Below, one piece after another: positions 16,897 to 27,382 of a stretch of 39,825 bases of DNA. Numbering within the stretch: the first letter of the stretch is position 1; every line of letters begins with the position of its first letter. The DNA is from Escherichia phage vB_EcoP_S523. Under the pieces are notes generated by a model that did not search any database, was not told where the DNA came from, and saw nothing but the letters and a program-made list of their open reading frames with translations. Location of the stretch: the sequence record MH031343; one strand, written 5' to 3'. The position numbers and the translations under genes are program-made.

Positions 16897-19176
16897 TTAG
16901 TCTTTACCAGTCAGCGTGTCCAGAATACCTTTACCACTTACCGAATCGTACATGCTACCAGAGCGCTTAGGCTTCTTAGCTTCACGTTCACGCTTGCGGT
17001 TCATAGCTCGTGTATGCAGGGTTCGCTTATTGGCATCTTTGAGTGCCTTGTTACGGGCTTCCTCATCCAGCTTCGCTTGGTTCTCTTGATACATCTTAGA
17101 GAGCAACTGCTTGTCATACCGAATGTTAACCTGTCCGGTTGTATCCATCAGGTAGATAGAGTCACCACGCTCGAACACAGTGAGTTGCTTGTTAGTCACC
17201 CAAGGGTTCGTCTCAGCGAGTTTCTTAGCGGCTGTGTCGATGATGTCCTTACCCTGTTTCCAAGAGTCCGGGTCATCGGTCACACGTAGAGAGTTTCTCG
17301 TTAAGACACCAATGGTATCACCATCAACATCATCACCAGTGAGAGTCGTTGTGTTCTCTTTGAGGTACTTATCGACCTGTTGCATCGCCATATCAGCATT
17401 GCCAGTACGGTACTTCACAGAGTCATAAATCTTACGAGCACCAGCGTCCAAGGTGGCTGGCATACGGGATAATTCAGGAGACTGTGAGTTGTTCTTAAGA
17501 GCAGCCCATGCCTTGTCATCCTCATACTGCATATCCTTGGTCAGAGATTGTCGAGCCTTGTCTGCATCTAAGAGAATCTGCGGGTCAATCCCTTGGTTGT
17601 CCATCATGTCCATCGTGAGGAACATCTCGGCTTTATCAGGATAGAGTGCAGCGAATAACTCAGGGTCAGCATTACGAACACGACGAAGAGCATTAAGTGC
17701 CACTCCACCATCTTCGGGCATCTTCCCGTTAATCACAGCGGACGTCCACTCCTTCTCAGCGTCCCCAATAAGTTCACCAACCGCAGTACGGAAAGCACCC
17801 TTCTCAGAGTCAGCCTTGAGGTAGTCCAGCTTCATTCGGTCCTTCTGTTCAGCAGGGATGTCCATAGCGTCAATGTCGGCTAACTTCTTGTTCGCATAGT
17901 TAACCATGTCACTATGGGTGAACTCGCCAGTGTTCTCGTTGGTAGGCATATCGCCATACGCAGTAGACACATACTGACCATTCAGTCTCTTCTGGAACTG
18001 TGCGTCAATGACGTTCATTTTGTTCATCGACTTCTGTTGCTTGTCCATCTGCTTGGCTAACTCAGCGGTCTCCCGCTTCATCCTGTCCTGCATCTGCGTC
18101 TGTGCATTGATTAACGCCTGACGTTCAGGTGTCATCTCTTCGCCCGGTTGCAGTGTGTCCAGTTCAGCCTTGATGGATTGCAACTGTTCCCAGCCAGTGT
18201 TCACATTCTCTTGGTTCAACGCAGAGTTCACATTAAGTTGGAACGCCTCGGTCTTCTTAGCATTCAACTGGAACTCATTATGTTGAGCCTTAACCATCAG
18301 ATTGTTCCACTGTTCGGCACCCATCAGTTCCTTGAAGGTTGTCTCTTTTCCGTGGAGTTTCACCTTACGGTTCTCAATCTGTTGCAGGAACTGACCGCCA
18401 CCTTCACGGTTAACCACGTCAGACAGACCTTGGCTAATCATTGTGAACGCTTGGTCATCACTAGGAATACTACCAGTCGTCAATCCAGCACTGAAGTAGT
18501 TCTCAAAGAACTCACCAGCATGTGGAGAACGTAGGGTTTCCGGGTCGTTCAACACAGAGTTCAACTCTACGCGACTGTTGATGACAGCACCCTTCTTAGC
18601 TTGGTCACTCAGGAAGTTATCGTGAGCACCATAGAGGGCGATGTTACGTTCAGTGATGTCGGAGTTGAAACCTTTCTGATAGTGCTCATCAGTCTCGTCG
18701 ATACCGAACTGTTCCGCATAGTTCTTAGCGGCTTCTTGCAGTCGGCTATGACGGAACTCTTCCAACTCTTGACGAGTACGGAACTCACCGTTCTTCACCT
18801 TCTGTGCCACTTCATCATCTACGAGATACGCAGCGTTACGACCAGTCTTAATCTTAAGTGCTTCCATCGCATATGGGTCATCCTGATATAACAGTGTCCC
18901 ATTCTTAATGGCCTCTCGACGTTGCTCAGGAGTCAGCTTACGAATAATCTCGTTAGAGCGTTCGTCTGCTTTGTCCTTCTGGTGCTGGTCATACTGCATG
19001 TAAGCATCCGCGCCCATCTCAGCAAGTTTACCTACAGTGCCAATCAGAGCGGACTTCTTGGCATACTTAGGGTCTTCATAGACTGTTGCGGCCTTAACTT
19101 CCATACGACCAGTGCCGCGCAGACGACTAGCAGCCGGAGCGTTCATGCTACCCAATGCTTGCGCTAACTTACTCAT
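16897..19176 (-). CDS. internal virion protein C (gp15), 759 aa
   Basis: Size and position between gp14 and gp16 as in T7 (747 aa). Confidence 0.88.
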   Translation of the reverse strand: MSKLAQALGSMNAPAASRLRGTGRMEVKAATVYEDPKYAKKSALIGTVGKLAEMGADAYMQYDQHQKDKADERSNEIIRKLTPEQRREAIKNGTLLYQDDPYAMEALKIKTGRNAAYLVDDEVAQKVKNGEFRTRQELEEFRHSRLQEAAKNYAEQFGIDETDEHYQKGFNSDITERNIALYGAHDNFLSDQAKKGAVINSRVELNSVLNDPETLRSPHAGEFFENYFSAGLTTGSIPSDDQAFTMISQGLSDVVNREGGGQFLQQIENRKVKLHGKETTFKELMGAEQWNNLMVKAQHNEFQLNAKKTEAFQLNVNSALNQENVNTGWEQLQSIKAELDTLQPGEEMTPERQALINAQTQMQDRMKRETAELAKQMDKQQKSMNKMNVIDAQFQKRLNGQYVSTAYGDMPTNENTGEFTHSDMVNYANKKLADIDAMDIPAEQKDRMKLDYLKADSEKGAFRTAVGELIGDAEKEWTSAVINGKMPEDGGVALNALRRVRNADPELFAALYPDKAEMFLTMDMMDNQGIDPQILLDADKARQSLTKDMQYEDDKAWAALKNNSQSPELSRMPATLDAGARKIYDSVKYRTGNADMAMQQVDKYLKENTTTLTGDDVDGDTIGVLTRNSLRVTDDPDSWKQGKDIIDTAAKKLAETNPWVTNKQLTVFERGDSIYLMDTTGQVNIRYDKQLLSKMYQENQAKLDEEARNKALKDANKRTLHTRAMNRKREREAKKPKRSGSMYDSVSGKGILDTLTGKD

Positions 19177-19190
19177 AAACTGTACCTCCT

Positions 19191-19796
19191 TTATTTACCT
19201 TGGCCTGTTGACTTGGCATCTGAAGCCTTAACCTTAGCGGCGGCCTTCTTAGCCAGCTTGCCTTCAAAGAGTCCACCAGCAGTTGCAATACCAGCCAGTT
19301 TACCCATACCAAGGCCCAGCGGGTCAATGATTTGCTCTAAGCGACCTTTAAGTTTAGGTTCAGACTTGTTGATTTCTTTAATTTGACTGACTGTGTTCTC
19401 GTGGTTAGCTAACCGCTTCCCTAAGATGACACTGTAGTCACGTTGATAGTTCTCAGTGAGACCTTGAGACTCTCGAAGGAAGTCACCCTCAGTAACGCGA
19501 GTTACACGTTCCATAGAGTTACCTTCAAGCATCCCTTCACCGATTGCCGCGCGGATAGTCCCCATGTTTCTCACACGGTTCATATTCGCTTGGGTCATCT
19601 CTTGCACAGTGGAGTCAATGAGGTCACGAGATTCTAACTTAAGGTTAGCCTCGTTGTAGTTCATCTCCTTCAGCATCTGCATACTTTGACGACGACCTTG
19701 GTCAATCTGTGCGGCCTTTGCCTGTTCACCCTGCATACCTCCCATAATCATGGAAGCGCCTTGCATAGCGATAGGGATTGCAGCCATCCAGCACAT
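19191..19796 (-). CDS. internal virion protein B (gp14), 201 aa
   Basis: Size and position as T7 gp14 (196 aa). Confidence 0.8.
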   Translation of the reverse strand: MCWMAAIPIAMQGASMIMGGMQGEQAKAAQIDQGRRQSMQMLKEMNYNEANLKLESRDLIDSTVQEMTQANMNRVRNMGTIRAAIGEGMLEGNSMERVTRVTEGDFLRESQGLTENYQRDYSVILGKRLANHENTVSQIKEINKSEPKLKGRLEQIIDPLGLGMGKLAGIATAGGLFEGKLAKKAAAKVKASDAKSTGQGK

Positions 19797-19798
19797 AG

Positions 19799-20212
19799 TT
19801 AACCTCCTATTGTGAATAGTTGGAATTGATTACTGTCACCAGTAAACTCATTGTGGAATACCGCACCGATAGACTTCAAGAACCTAACGTGGGACTTATT
19901 GCCTATCCAGACATAGTTCCAGATTATTGGATACTGTTTTAGCATCGTATCGCGGTACTCTAGAATGAGCTTGCGGAACTCTCTTCGTGTCTTCATACTC
20001 AGTTTCCACACACGGGCAGACGTTACGAACCACACTTGGTCCCCACAGTTACCACCAATAGCCACAGGCATCCCATGAAGGGACATAGTGACGCACTCAG
20101 AGGCTGGTGGAAATGATGGTTCAATGCCATAAGCGTGAGCCTCAGCAATGTCTTCAGGTGACGGAGTGAATCTCTCGAAGTCGGATTCTTTGGTAGGTCT
20201 GATTATTAACAT
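19799..20212 (-). CDS. internal virion / assembly protein gp13, 137 aa
   Basis: Size and position as T7 gp13 (138 aa); preceded by a phage promoter. Confidence 0.75.
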   Translation of the reverse strand: MLIIRPTKESDFERFTPSPEDIAEAHAYGIEPSFPPASECVTMSLHGMPVAIGGNCGDQVWFVTSARVWKLSMKTRREFRKLILEYRDTMLKQYPIIWNYVWIGNKSHVRFLKSIGAVFHNEFTGDSNQFQLFTIGG

Positions 20213-20238
20213 AGAGTTTCTCCTTTAAGTATAAACCC

Positions 20239-20261
20239 CTTCCCAATAGTGAGTCGTATTG
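20239..20261 (-). promoter_or_regulatory. phage RNAP promoter (phi13-like), CAATACGACTCACTATTGGGAAG
   Basis: Promoter core match between gene 12 stop and gene 13 start. Confidence 0.75.
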
Positions 20262-20289
20262 TTCACTAATTGAGTCGGGGTGTTTTCAT

Positions 20290-22677
20290 TTAGATACCAG
20301 AAGAACGACGAAGGTAGTTACCCTCCCAGCCACAACCGATAACGTTCAGTGGTGTGGTGTGGTCAGAGATAATGCGGACCTCATTCAACTGTGCGTTGCC
20401 AGCAACCGGGAATCGGAACTGACCTGTACCAACGTTAAGTCCACCAGCACGTAACGCATTGGAACCCAAACGGGCACCTGCCATATCGTAGCTGAACAGA
20501 CGTGAGGTGTTCTCCACTTCCACAACGAATGCACCAGAGTCCTCATAGTTCACCCATGCTCGACGAAGCTGCAATCGACCAATGTCCTCGGTAGCCGTAG
20601 ACCCGTCGTCAGCGGTCTTCTTAATGAGGAACTTAGAGAACACATAACGGAAGTTTATAGCCAAGCCAACGTAGATTGTCTCACCCTCACGGTTCCCACT
20701 CATTGACAGCACAGGGACACCATTAGGCCAACCACCACGCGGAGGGTCGAACCACGAGACTAAACCATCAGAGGCCACGATGTAGAACTTACCCGTCCAA
20801 TACTTCATCCCGTAGATGTCCACAGGCTTGATAGTGGTCGTGTAGGTATCATCATTGTAGGCACCTTTAGGAATCACATACTTTATCTTGTTGTCGATGT
20901 ACAGCCGATATGGTTCATCATGGAAGTCAATGGAGTTCTTCGTAAAGTGTGCTCGGCACATCCAAGTGTGGGACTGGTTGCGCAACACAAGGTACATCGT
21001 TGAGCCGATAGAGTCACAAGCCAGAACCGTTACGTTACTTCCAAGTTCCCAATGTGACCACGACTGTTGAGCAATCTCTTCGTTGAGGTACAGGAATTTG
21101 TACAGGAAGATTTTACTCGGAGCGTTCGCAGAGAGCACGGAGATAAAGTTCTCAGTACCGGAGCCACGAATGGAGAACACACCGTTCGGAATGTAACTTG
21201 GAACGTGAGCACTCATATCCTCAGCAGACTTCACGGAGCTAACATCCTGTACCGCATAGTAACGGTTAAGTGACGTATAGGAAGCACGAGGTGACGCAAA
21301 GTACACACCACGCCCAACGCCAAAAGGTCTCGCTCGGTCTGACACATCGAACTCGGTCGTGAGGTTCAATTCTACTGACTTCGGTGAGAGTATACCTTGA
21401 GCAGACAACACGAACTGTGCTTGGTCTGACCATAGGAGCAACTCTTCGGAGAATGGCACAGCGTACTTCAGGATTGAGATTCTGTTGTGAGACACGGCAA
21501 CGTCGATTGGGTCATCATCAGACAGGTTAGCCACGGAGGCAGGGAACAGTGAGAAATACTTGGAGGTACGGGACATCACAATGTTCTCACCAGCGAGGAA
21601 CCCTAAGCGGTTACGGAAGAAGAACACATCGTTAATCGACTGGTCAACAATAGACGGAGTAGGGTTAGTGTCCATGTCCCCACATGAGCGCTGTGCCCAC
21701 GGTAGAACCTGCATCTGGAATGAACCATCAGACTGACGGACGAGAGCGTGAGGCATCGTGCCACCATTGAGTCCCTTCTGTACGCCCCAACCAGCCACCT
21801 CTTTCCATACCTTCTTCACGTTGTCGTACTGAACGTAGAACTGGTCGGAAGTCTTAGAGGTGTCACCTACAATCTTCACTGTGTACCCATTAGGAGCCTC
21901 AAGAGGCAACTTACTGAATGACTGGCTGGTGTGCATCACTGCGTTCATCAACTGGTTGGCGTAGCCATCTTCAGTGGACAGTGAGTTAATCTGGCTGTTA
22001 CCCGGAGCAATCACATGGATGAACCCCGGCCCTTCGTTGAACTTCCAGTCCTTAAAGGAACCGTGAGCACGAGCGAGGCCAGCCAGTTTCTTAACGAGCC
22101 ACTGTGCGTCTGTCTCCTGTACAGCCTGTTCAGCACCATCACCAACACCGTTGTGAATCTTGTATGCGATACGTACACCGTTGATAGTGAATGCCAATGT
22201 ACGACCATACTGACCGCCACGGACGTTAATCAAGCAGTCCCCATTCTCCTTAAGGTCATACAGAGGGGCAGTGTCAGCGCGTACCACCATGTTACGGTTT
22301 ACGATAAACGTATAGTCAGCCACAGTGACCATCCTTAAGTCATCTCGTGGGTTCCCTACCTTCACGTAGGACAAGTCACCCTTCACAGCATACTCTTTAC
22401 CATTGAGGTCGAACACACGAATACCCTGTCCGGTAAACACTACGTAATACTGTTCGACACTATCGCGGTTGATTAGGTGAACGAGAGGTTTGGCACCAAG
22501 GGCATTCTGGTCTCCAATGGTCTTAGTGAAGACAAAAGGTGGACGCTTCTGAAGACCCTCAGTCTCCGAAGACCAACCGTTAATCTGTTCGGAACCCTGT
22601 TCGGGGAACCTTAAGATGTTCGGCTGTTGACTGATACCGCCCTTCAGGTTCTTGACGGATTGTGAAATAAGAGCCAT
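20290..22677 (-). CDS. tail tubular protein B (gp12), 795 aa
   Basis: ATG at 22675-22677 with AGGAGG RBS gives MALISQSVKNLKGGISQQP..., colinear with T7 gp12 and ending GCGWEGNYLRRSSGI; the 863-aa track ORF is an upstream extension. Confidence 0.95.
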   Translation of the reverse strand: MALISQSVKNLKGGISQQPNILRFPEQGSEQINGWSSETEGLQKRPPFVFTKTIGDQNALGAKPLVHLINRDSVEQYYVVFTGQGIRVFDLNGKEYAVKGDLSYVKVGNPRDDLRMVTVADYTFIVNRNMVVRADTAPLYDLKENGDCLINVRGGQYGRTLAFTINGVRIAYKIHNGVGDGAEQAVQETDAQWLVKKLAGLARAHGSFKDWKFNEGPGFIHVIAPGNSQINSLSTEDGYANQLMNAVMHTSQSFSKLPLEAPNGYTVKIVGDTSKTSDQFYVQYDNVKKVWKEVAGWGVQKGLNGGTMPHALVRQSDGSFQMQVLPWAQRSCGDMDTNPTPSIVDQSINDVFFFRNRLGFLAGENIVMSRTSKYFSLFPASVANLSDDDPIDVAVSHNRISILKYAVPFSEELLLWSDQAQFVLSAQGILSPKSVELNLTTEFDVSDRARPFGVGRGVYFASPRASYTSLNRYYAVQDVSSVKSAEDMSAHVPSYIPNGVFSIRGSGTENFISVLSANAPSKIFLYKFLYLNEEIAQQSWSHWELGSNVTVLACDSIGSTMYLVLRNQSHTWMCRAHFTKNSIDFHDEPYRLYIDNKIKYVIPKGAYNDDTYTTTIKPVDIYGMKYWTGKFYIVASDGLVSWFDPPRGGWPNGVPVLSMSGNREGETIYVGLAINFRYVFSKFLIKKTADDGSTATEDIGRLQLRRAWVNYEDSGAFVVEVENTSRLFSYDMAGARLGSNALRAGGLNVGTGQFRFPVAGNAQLNEVRIISDHTTPLNVIGCGWEGNYLRRSSGI

Positions 22678-22702
22678 TAGAGACCTCCTTAAGTTGTTAC
22701 CA

Positions 22703-23293
22703 TTAGCGAGACAGCAGACCACCAGTGAAGGCATCACCATCAAGCATGTTGAAGTTACCAAAGTCCAGTTCATACTCGTGACACTGCATCTTCGCTTCTT
22801 GTTCTTCTTCAGCCAACACTGCGTCAATCTCAGGAGCACCAAAGAACCTGTTGTTAAACTGACGGGCAGCTTTAGTGACAATCCAGAAGCGGAAGCACTC
22901 AGGCATCTCGTAGAACTCGCGGAGCTTGATGATGGTCACAGTGATTGGGTTCTGGAACACATCGGTTCCTGTAGTCCGGTCATAGACGTAACCACCACGG
23001 TTAACGTAAGCGGTCGCGCCTCCTTCAGACAGTACGGACAGGTAGTCGGACATATAGGGAATCAATCCGTTGAACACATCGGGAAGTAACTGTTGGTCTT
23101 CCTCAATGTTGAACGTCCAGCCCTTAGATTGAATCTGACGGTTAATCTTATTGAGCACTCGACGAGCATTGGCAACATCGGCGTTAGCATCACCTTCCAA
23201 AGTGGAGACTGGCGGTTCACCGATAGAGGCCAAGATGTCATTGACCGCAGCCAACTCTTCGCCTGTCTCTAGGGTTGTTTCATAGGAACGCAT
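22703..23293 (-). CDS. tail tubular protein A (gp11), 196 aa
   Basis: ATG at 23291-23293 gives MRSYETT...; same length as T7 gp11 with conserved [24 protein letters not shown]. Confidence 0.9.
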   Translation of the reverse strand: MRSYETTLETGEELAAVNDILASIGEPPVSTLEGDANADVANARRVLNKINRQIQSKGWTFNIEEDQQLLPDVFNGLIPYMSDYLSVLSEGGATAYVNRGGYVYDRTTGTDVFQNPITVTIIKLREFYEMPECFRFWIVTKAARQFNNRFFGAPEIDAVLAEEEQEAKMQCHEYELDFGNFNMLDGDAFTGGLLSR

Positions 23294-23315
23294 GTTGGTA
23301 TCCTCCTGTTGTAGC

Positions 23316-23358
23316 GAAAAAAAAACCCTCAAGCACCCGCGAAGGCACCCAAGGGGTT
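23316..23358 (-). terminator. late terminator (Tphi-like): GC/GU-rich hairpin followed by a U9 tract
   Basis: Minus-strand RNA AACCCCUUGGGUGCCUUCGCGGGUGCUUGAGGG-UUUUUUUUU; same architecture and position (after capsid gene 10) as T7 Tphi. Confidence 0.7.
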
Positions 23359-23369
23359 TCATATAGTTA

Positions 23370-24547
23370 TCATTCAGTAGCAGCTAACTCAGCTTCCTTT
23401 CGAGCCTTGTTTGCCGCACGGGTACGGGCAGCTTTCTGTTGTGGCGTTAGCTCTTGCTCAACTTCAGTAAGGGACTCAGTGTCCCCTACGAGTTTGCGAG
23501 AAGTTAAGCCTTGTTGAAAACCAGCGCACCACATGCTTCAGGGCGCAGACCACCGTGACCCATAGCGTACTTAGCGATAATCTGGTCTGCTTGGAAGTTA
23601 GCTCGACGAGCACGTTCCAGTGCCATATCTTTCAGCTTAACAGTACCAACGGCAGAGCGGTGATTGAACAGACCGACAACGTTGTCCAGAGCAACACGGG
23701 TGTCACCAGAGGAAGTCTCAGGGAACGCATGTTTCTGACCAGTCGGATTTACACCTTCTTCTGGACGGTCTTCGCCAGCACCACCAGCAGTCAGATGCGG
23801 AACCTCAATAACTTCGAAGCCCATAACGTTGCGGATAGAGCCAGTAGACGGGTCAATCAGAGCCTGATAGTTTGCAGCGTTAGGCATCAGAGCAGCCAGA
23901 ATAGCAGAGTAGTTGTCTGGAGTGGTGTAGAACACACGGTCAGCAGACGGAACATAGTTGCTAGTCAGCTTGGCACGAGCCAGAGTTAACTGTGCGATAA
24001 TAGCCTGACCCAGCTTAACTTGGTCTCCCTGAAGATCAGACTGCTTGCCAACTTCCAGTACATGAGCCTTACCGAGACCAGCGATGTTCTCATCAGACGC
24101 AGACGGAAGGTTACACAGTTTAGCCATTTCAGCCAGAACCGCGCCATCAGCAGCCATCGCAAGAGATTCACCCAACTGTGCGGTATACTCGGAGCGCACG
24201 TCATAGTGGTTCATTGCGTCTTCGATGTCGTAAATCAGAACGTCAGCAGTCAGCAGACCATCAATGTTGATGACCTTCTCAGTGTGCTTCATGTCTTTAC
24301 GTTTGTCATCGAGGTTCTCACCCGGTTGCAGGTAAGCAGCTTTGGTACGACCCAGCACAGGGAACTGCGCGGACTTACCGGACTGAATAGAACGCACGAG
24401 GTGTTTGTTCATAGTAACAGAGGTACGAGTAAACGCGGTCAGAACTTCACCACCGAACACTTTCAGGAACAGAGCCAGTTTATCACCAGCAGACATACCT
24501 TTACCTTGGTCTTTACCAATTTGCTGACCACCATTCATCTTAGCCAT
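23370..24547 (-). CDS. minor capsid protein 10B, predicted -1 frameshift product of gene 10 (about 49 extra residues)
   Basis: GGTTTTC at 23516..23522 just before the 10A stop; the -1 frame stays open for [49 protein letters not shown] to a TGA at 23370..23372, just upstream of Tphi. Confidence 0.5.
23504..24547 (-). CDS. major capsid protein 10A, 347 aa
   Basis: Colinear with T7 gp10A ([41 protein letters not shown]). Confidence 0.95.
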   Translation of the reverse strand: MAKMNGGQQIGKDQGKGMSAGDKLALFLKVFGGEVLTAFTRTSVTMNKHLVRSIQSGKSAQFPVLGRTKAAYLQPGENLDDKRKDMKHTEKVINIDGLLTADVLIYDIEDAMNHYDVRSEYTAQLGESLAMAADGAVLAEMAKLCNLPSASDENIAGLGKAHVLEVGKQSDLQGDQVKLGQAIIAQLTLARAKLTSNYVPSADRVFYTTPDNYSAILAALMPNAANYQALIDPSTGSIRNVMGFEVIEVPHLTAGGAGEDRPEEGVNPTGQKHAFPETSSGDTRVALDNVVGLFNHRSAVGTVKLKDMALERARRANFQADQIIAKYAMGHGGLRPEACGALVFNKA

Positions 24548-24715
24548 GTTGAATCTCCTTCTGTTGATTTAAAGTTTAATGTGTGAGGTACTACTTGAAA
24601 CGAGTTGGTTCTCATTGTGTATCACTCAAAGGGAGCATTCCCACGACAAGCCCGGAAGCCAGATGTCACAGCAACTTAATGGTCTGTGTGACCTCCAATC
24701 GTGGGATTCCATCTC

Positions 24716-24738
24716 TCTCCCAATAGTGAGTCGTATTA
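24716..24738 (-). promoter_or_regulatory. phage RNAP promoter upstream of capsid gene (phi10-like), TAATACGACTCACTATTGGGAGA
   Basis: Best promoter match in the window; about 165-nt leader ending AAGGAGATTCAACATG. Confidence 0.85.
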
Positions 24739-24741
24739 ATT

Positions 24742-25653
24742 TTAGAAGTTACTGTACATCATCTTACGCTCAACTTCAGCACGGAACTTAGAGTCCGAAC
24801 GGTAGCGAGGGTCAGACATTGCAGCAATCATCTCAGCCTGTGACTCAAAGCCAGACTGTTTGGCTCGTACAGGTGCAGCAGGTACGGCACGTTTAGAAAT
24901 GCTACGGGAAGCAGGTTTACCGAAAGTCTTCGCACGGCTTGCACCAGCAAGATTCACGATAGCCTTAACGGTCGCAAGGTCACGGTTTTCCAGAGCACTA
25001 ACCAGAGACTCGGCAGCATCCGGGTTGGACACTTCGAGGTGATTGTAGATTGCTTGGAACTGTGCTTCACCACCAGCATACTCCATAACAGACTGAACGT
25101 ACTGTTCGACCAGTGCTTCCTGTCCACGAATGTAGGAGTCAACGAAGGACTTAGAGTAGCCAGCCTTAGCCAGTTCTTCATAGGACTCTTCGGACAGACC
25201 ATCTTCACCATATTCCTGTTGGATACGGACGATAGTTTCTTCGGACAGACCACGTTCAGCAGCCTGATTGACCATCTCTTCGAAGCCAGCTTCATGCTCT
25301 TCGAGTTGACTTGAGGCTTCATTCAGTTCGTCTGGAACGTCACCCACAGGTTCAAACTCTTCGGAACCTTCTTCGTTGCCTTCGGAGTAATCAATCTCAC
25401 CCTCTTCGGTCTCTTCAGGTTCACCATCAGTGGAGATACGAATCTCAGTACGATTCTCGTCTTCTTCACCAAACGGGTCTGGATTACCATAAGGGTCATC
25501 ATTGCCAACTAACTCGATTGCATCATCACCATCACGGGCAGCAACATCGAGTTCAAGCATAGCCTGTTCGTGGTCAGTAGGAGTAGACCCACCGACAACC
25601 GCAGAGTTCACACCGAAAGATGCGTAAACATCAGCATTAGATTCACCGGACAT
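24742..25653 (-). CDS. capsid scaffolding protein (gp9), 303 aa
   Basis: ATG at 25651-25653 with AGGAGA RBS gives MSGESNADVYASFGVNSA... like T7 gp9; acidic; the track ORF begins at a non-ATG codon upstream. Confidence 0.88.
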   Translation of the reverse strand: MSGESNADVYASFGVNSAVVGGSTPTDHEQAMLELDVAARDGDDAIELVGNDDPYGNPDPFGEEDENRTEIRISTDGEPEETEEGEIDYSEGNEEGSEEFEPVGDVPDELNEASSQLEEHEAGFEEMVNQAAERGLSEETIVRIQQEYGEDGLSEESYEELAKAGYSKSFVDSYIRGQEALVEQYVQSVMEYAGGEAQFQAIYNHLEVSNPDAAESLVSALENRDLATVKAIVNLAGASRAKTFGKPASRSISKRAVPAAPVRAKQSGFESQAEMIAAMSDPRYRSDSKFRAEVERKMMYSNF

Positions 25654-25740
25654 ATTGTATCTCCTTTGATAATAAAGTTTAGAACTCAAAGGGACACCAA
25701 GGACTCCAACCTTGTGACGGCGCTCATTTCAAAGCCGTGT

Positions 25741-25763
25741 GTTCCCATTAGTGAGTCGTATTA
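25741..25763 (-). promoter_or_regulatory. phage RNAP promoter (phi9-like), TAATACGACTCACTAATGGGAAC
   Basis: Promoter core overlapping the gene 8 stop codon, upstream of gene 9. Confidence 0.8.
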
Positions 25764-27368
25764 ATTAGGAACCATACCAGCCTGTGCAGCAGCAGCTTCC
25801 ATGTTCTCAGGACTTGCAGTAGCCAGTGCACCAGCACCAGCACCAGCAGACGCAGCAGCGTTCTCCATAGCAGTACCTTGAGCGGCCTCAGCCATCTCCT
25901 GTTGCTTCTCTTCAGGTGTCTTAAGGATACCAGAAGTGTCGATGCCGATAGCATTCGCAATGCGCAACTTAATGGTCGCAATGTTGATGTCCGGGTCATT
26001 CTGCATAGGAGCAAGAGCAGACCAAGCAGCAATACAACGTTCCAGCTTATCGAGGTCTTGACCACGACCCAATGCTTCCATCCCGGTACTGATAGTAGGC
26101 TCAACGGCCTCTTTCGGTAACTCAGGAATTTGATTGGTTGCTTGAAGTTGCTTCAGCAGTACACGAACCATTGGCAACTGAAGTTCCTGTGAGAGAATCG
26201 AATAGACACCACCAAGGGTATCTTCGAGTTCAGATGCAACATAACGAATCTCTTCGGCAGTCACACGCTCACCAGTACGCTGCACAGCGGAGTTCAACAT
26301 AAAGGCATAGGACAGTCGGCCTTCAATCTGTTCACTCACAGCACGAGCCACGGAGAAGTCAGCAGCCTTTTCGAGTTGTAGGAACGAGATGTCTTCTGGA
26401 CGACCAGACACGAAGTCACCAGTCTGCGCTTTGGTCAAGCGTCGAACCTGTGTGATACCAGCCGGGTTTACCAAGCCGATAACCTTTGCACTAATCATGG
26501 ACATCTTGACGATAGCTTCCTGAAGGTTCTCAAGGGAACGTAAGTCACCCAAGTATTCCTCACAGTATGAACGACCGTATGATTCCCCATCAATGCGTAC
26601 CATGCGAACCGGGATATAAGGACAAGCGTCCACCGGATAAGAAGCATCTGTACCATCAACTTCGACTCCATCAATCTCTTCGTACTTCAGGTATTCGCCT
26701 GATTCCTCATCGAGATAAATGTGAGTATACACGTCAATCATTTCATCGCCTTTATGTTCCGTACCGGAGTCCATAGAGTTCCTTACGTCTTCTGGTAGTG
26801 CTGCATAGGCAGTCTTATCCAAGGTCACAATCTGTAGTACCGTGCCGAATGCGTCTCGTTGGACAACATAAGAAGACAGTCGGTATAACTTCATGGGATT
26901 GTAAGTACCTTCAGGTTCCGGGATGTAGAGCAGAGCGTTACCCGCTACGACCAACTGCTTCAGGGTCTCAAAGAGTGTCACACGGTATGAGTTTGACTCG
27001 ATGTAGTTCATCAAGATACGCTCGACCATTGAGAGACCCTCTTCGACCTTCGCCAGTTCAGCAGGTTGTGCAACCAATTGTTTCGCTTCGAACTCAGAGA
27101 TGGTCAGCTTCATCCAAGTCTGCATAGGGAACAGAGCGAGCATGAGCTTAGAGGCCAAGTTGTTCAGACCACGAGCGCCTACTGCTTGCCACGGAGTCGT
27201 GTAGTCAGTAGAGGCGTTATCGGAGTCCTTCGGGAACAACGAGGGGATGGTGTACTTCGCACAGTTTTCCGCACGGGTCTCATAGGAGTTCCGGTCGTTC
27301 TTCAATGCGTCATACACCGCCTTGGCACCATTCTCAGCGAAGCCTTCACGTTTCTGTGAGCTTGCCAT
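25761..27368 (-). CDS. head-to-tail connector / portal protein (gp8), 535 aa
   Basis: Colinear with T7 gp8 (536 aa). Confidence 0.95.
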   Translation of the reverse strand: MASSQKREGFAENGAKAVYDALKNDRNSYETRAENCAKYTIPSLFPKDSDNASTDYTTPWQAVGARGLNNLASKLMLALFPMQTWMKLTISEFEAKQLVAQPAELAKVEEGLSMVERILMNYIESNSYRVTLFETLKQLVVAGNALLYIPEPEGTYNPMKLYRLSSYVVQRDAFGTVLQIVTLDKTAYAALPEDVRNSMDSGTEHKGDEMIDVYTHIYLDEESGEYLKYEEIDGVEVDGTDASYPVDACPYIPVRMVRIDGESYGRSYCEEYLGDLRSLENLQEAIVKMSMISAKVIGLVNPAGITQVRRLTKAQTGDFVSGRPEDISFLQLEKAADFSVARAVSEQIEGRLSYAFMLNSAVQRTGERVTAEEIRYVASELEDTLGGVYSILSQELQLPMVRVLLKQLQATNQIPELPKEAVEPTISTGMEALGRGQDLDKLERCIAAWSALAPMQNDPDINIATIKLRIANAIGIDTSGILKTPEEKQQEMAEAAQGTAMENAAASAGAGAGALATASPENMEAAAAQAGMVPN

Positions 27369-27382
27369 TTAGCGCCTCCTTG

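Noticed and set aside
20290-22881. 863-aa and 219-aa track ORFs as the true gp12 and gp11
   Set aside because: The N-terminal extensions are read-through from upstream in-frame codons. Conserved N-termini (MALISQS..., MRSYETT...) with good RBS at 22677 and 23293 define the real starts.
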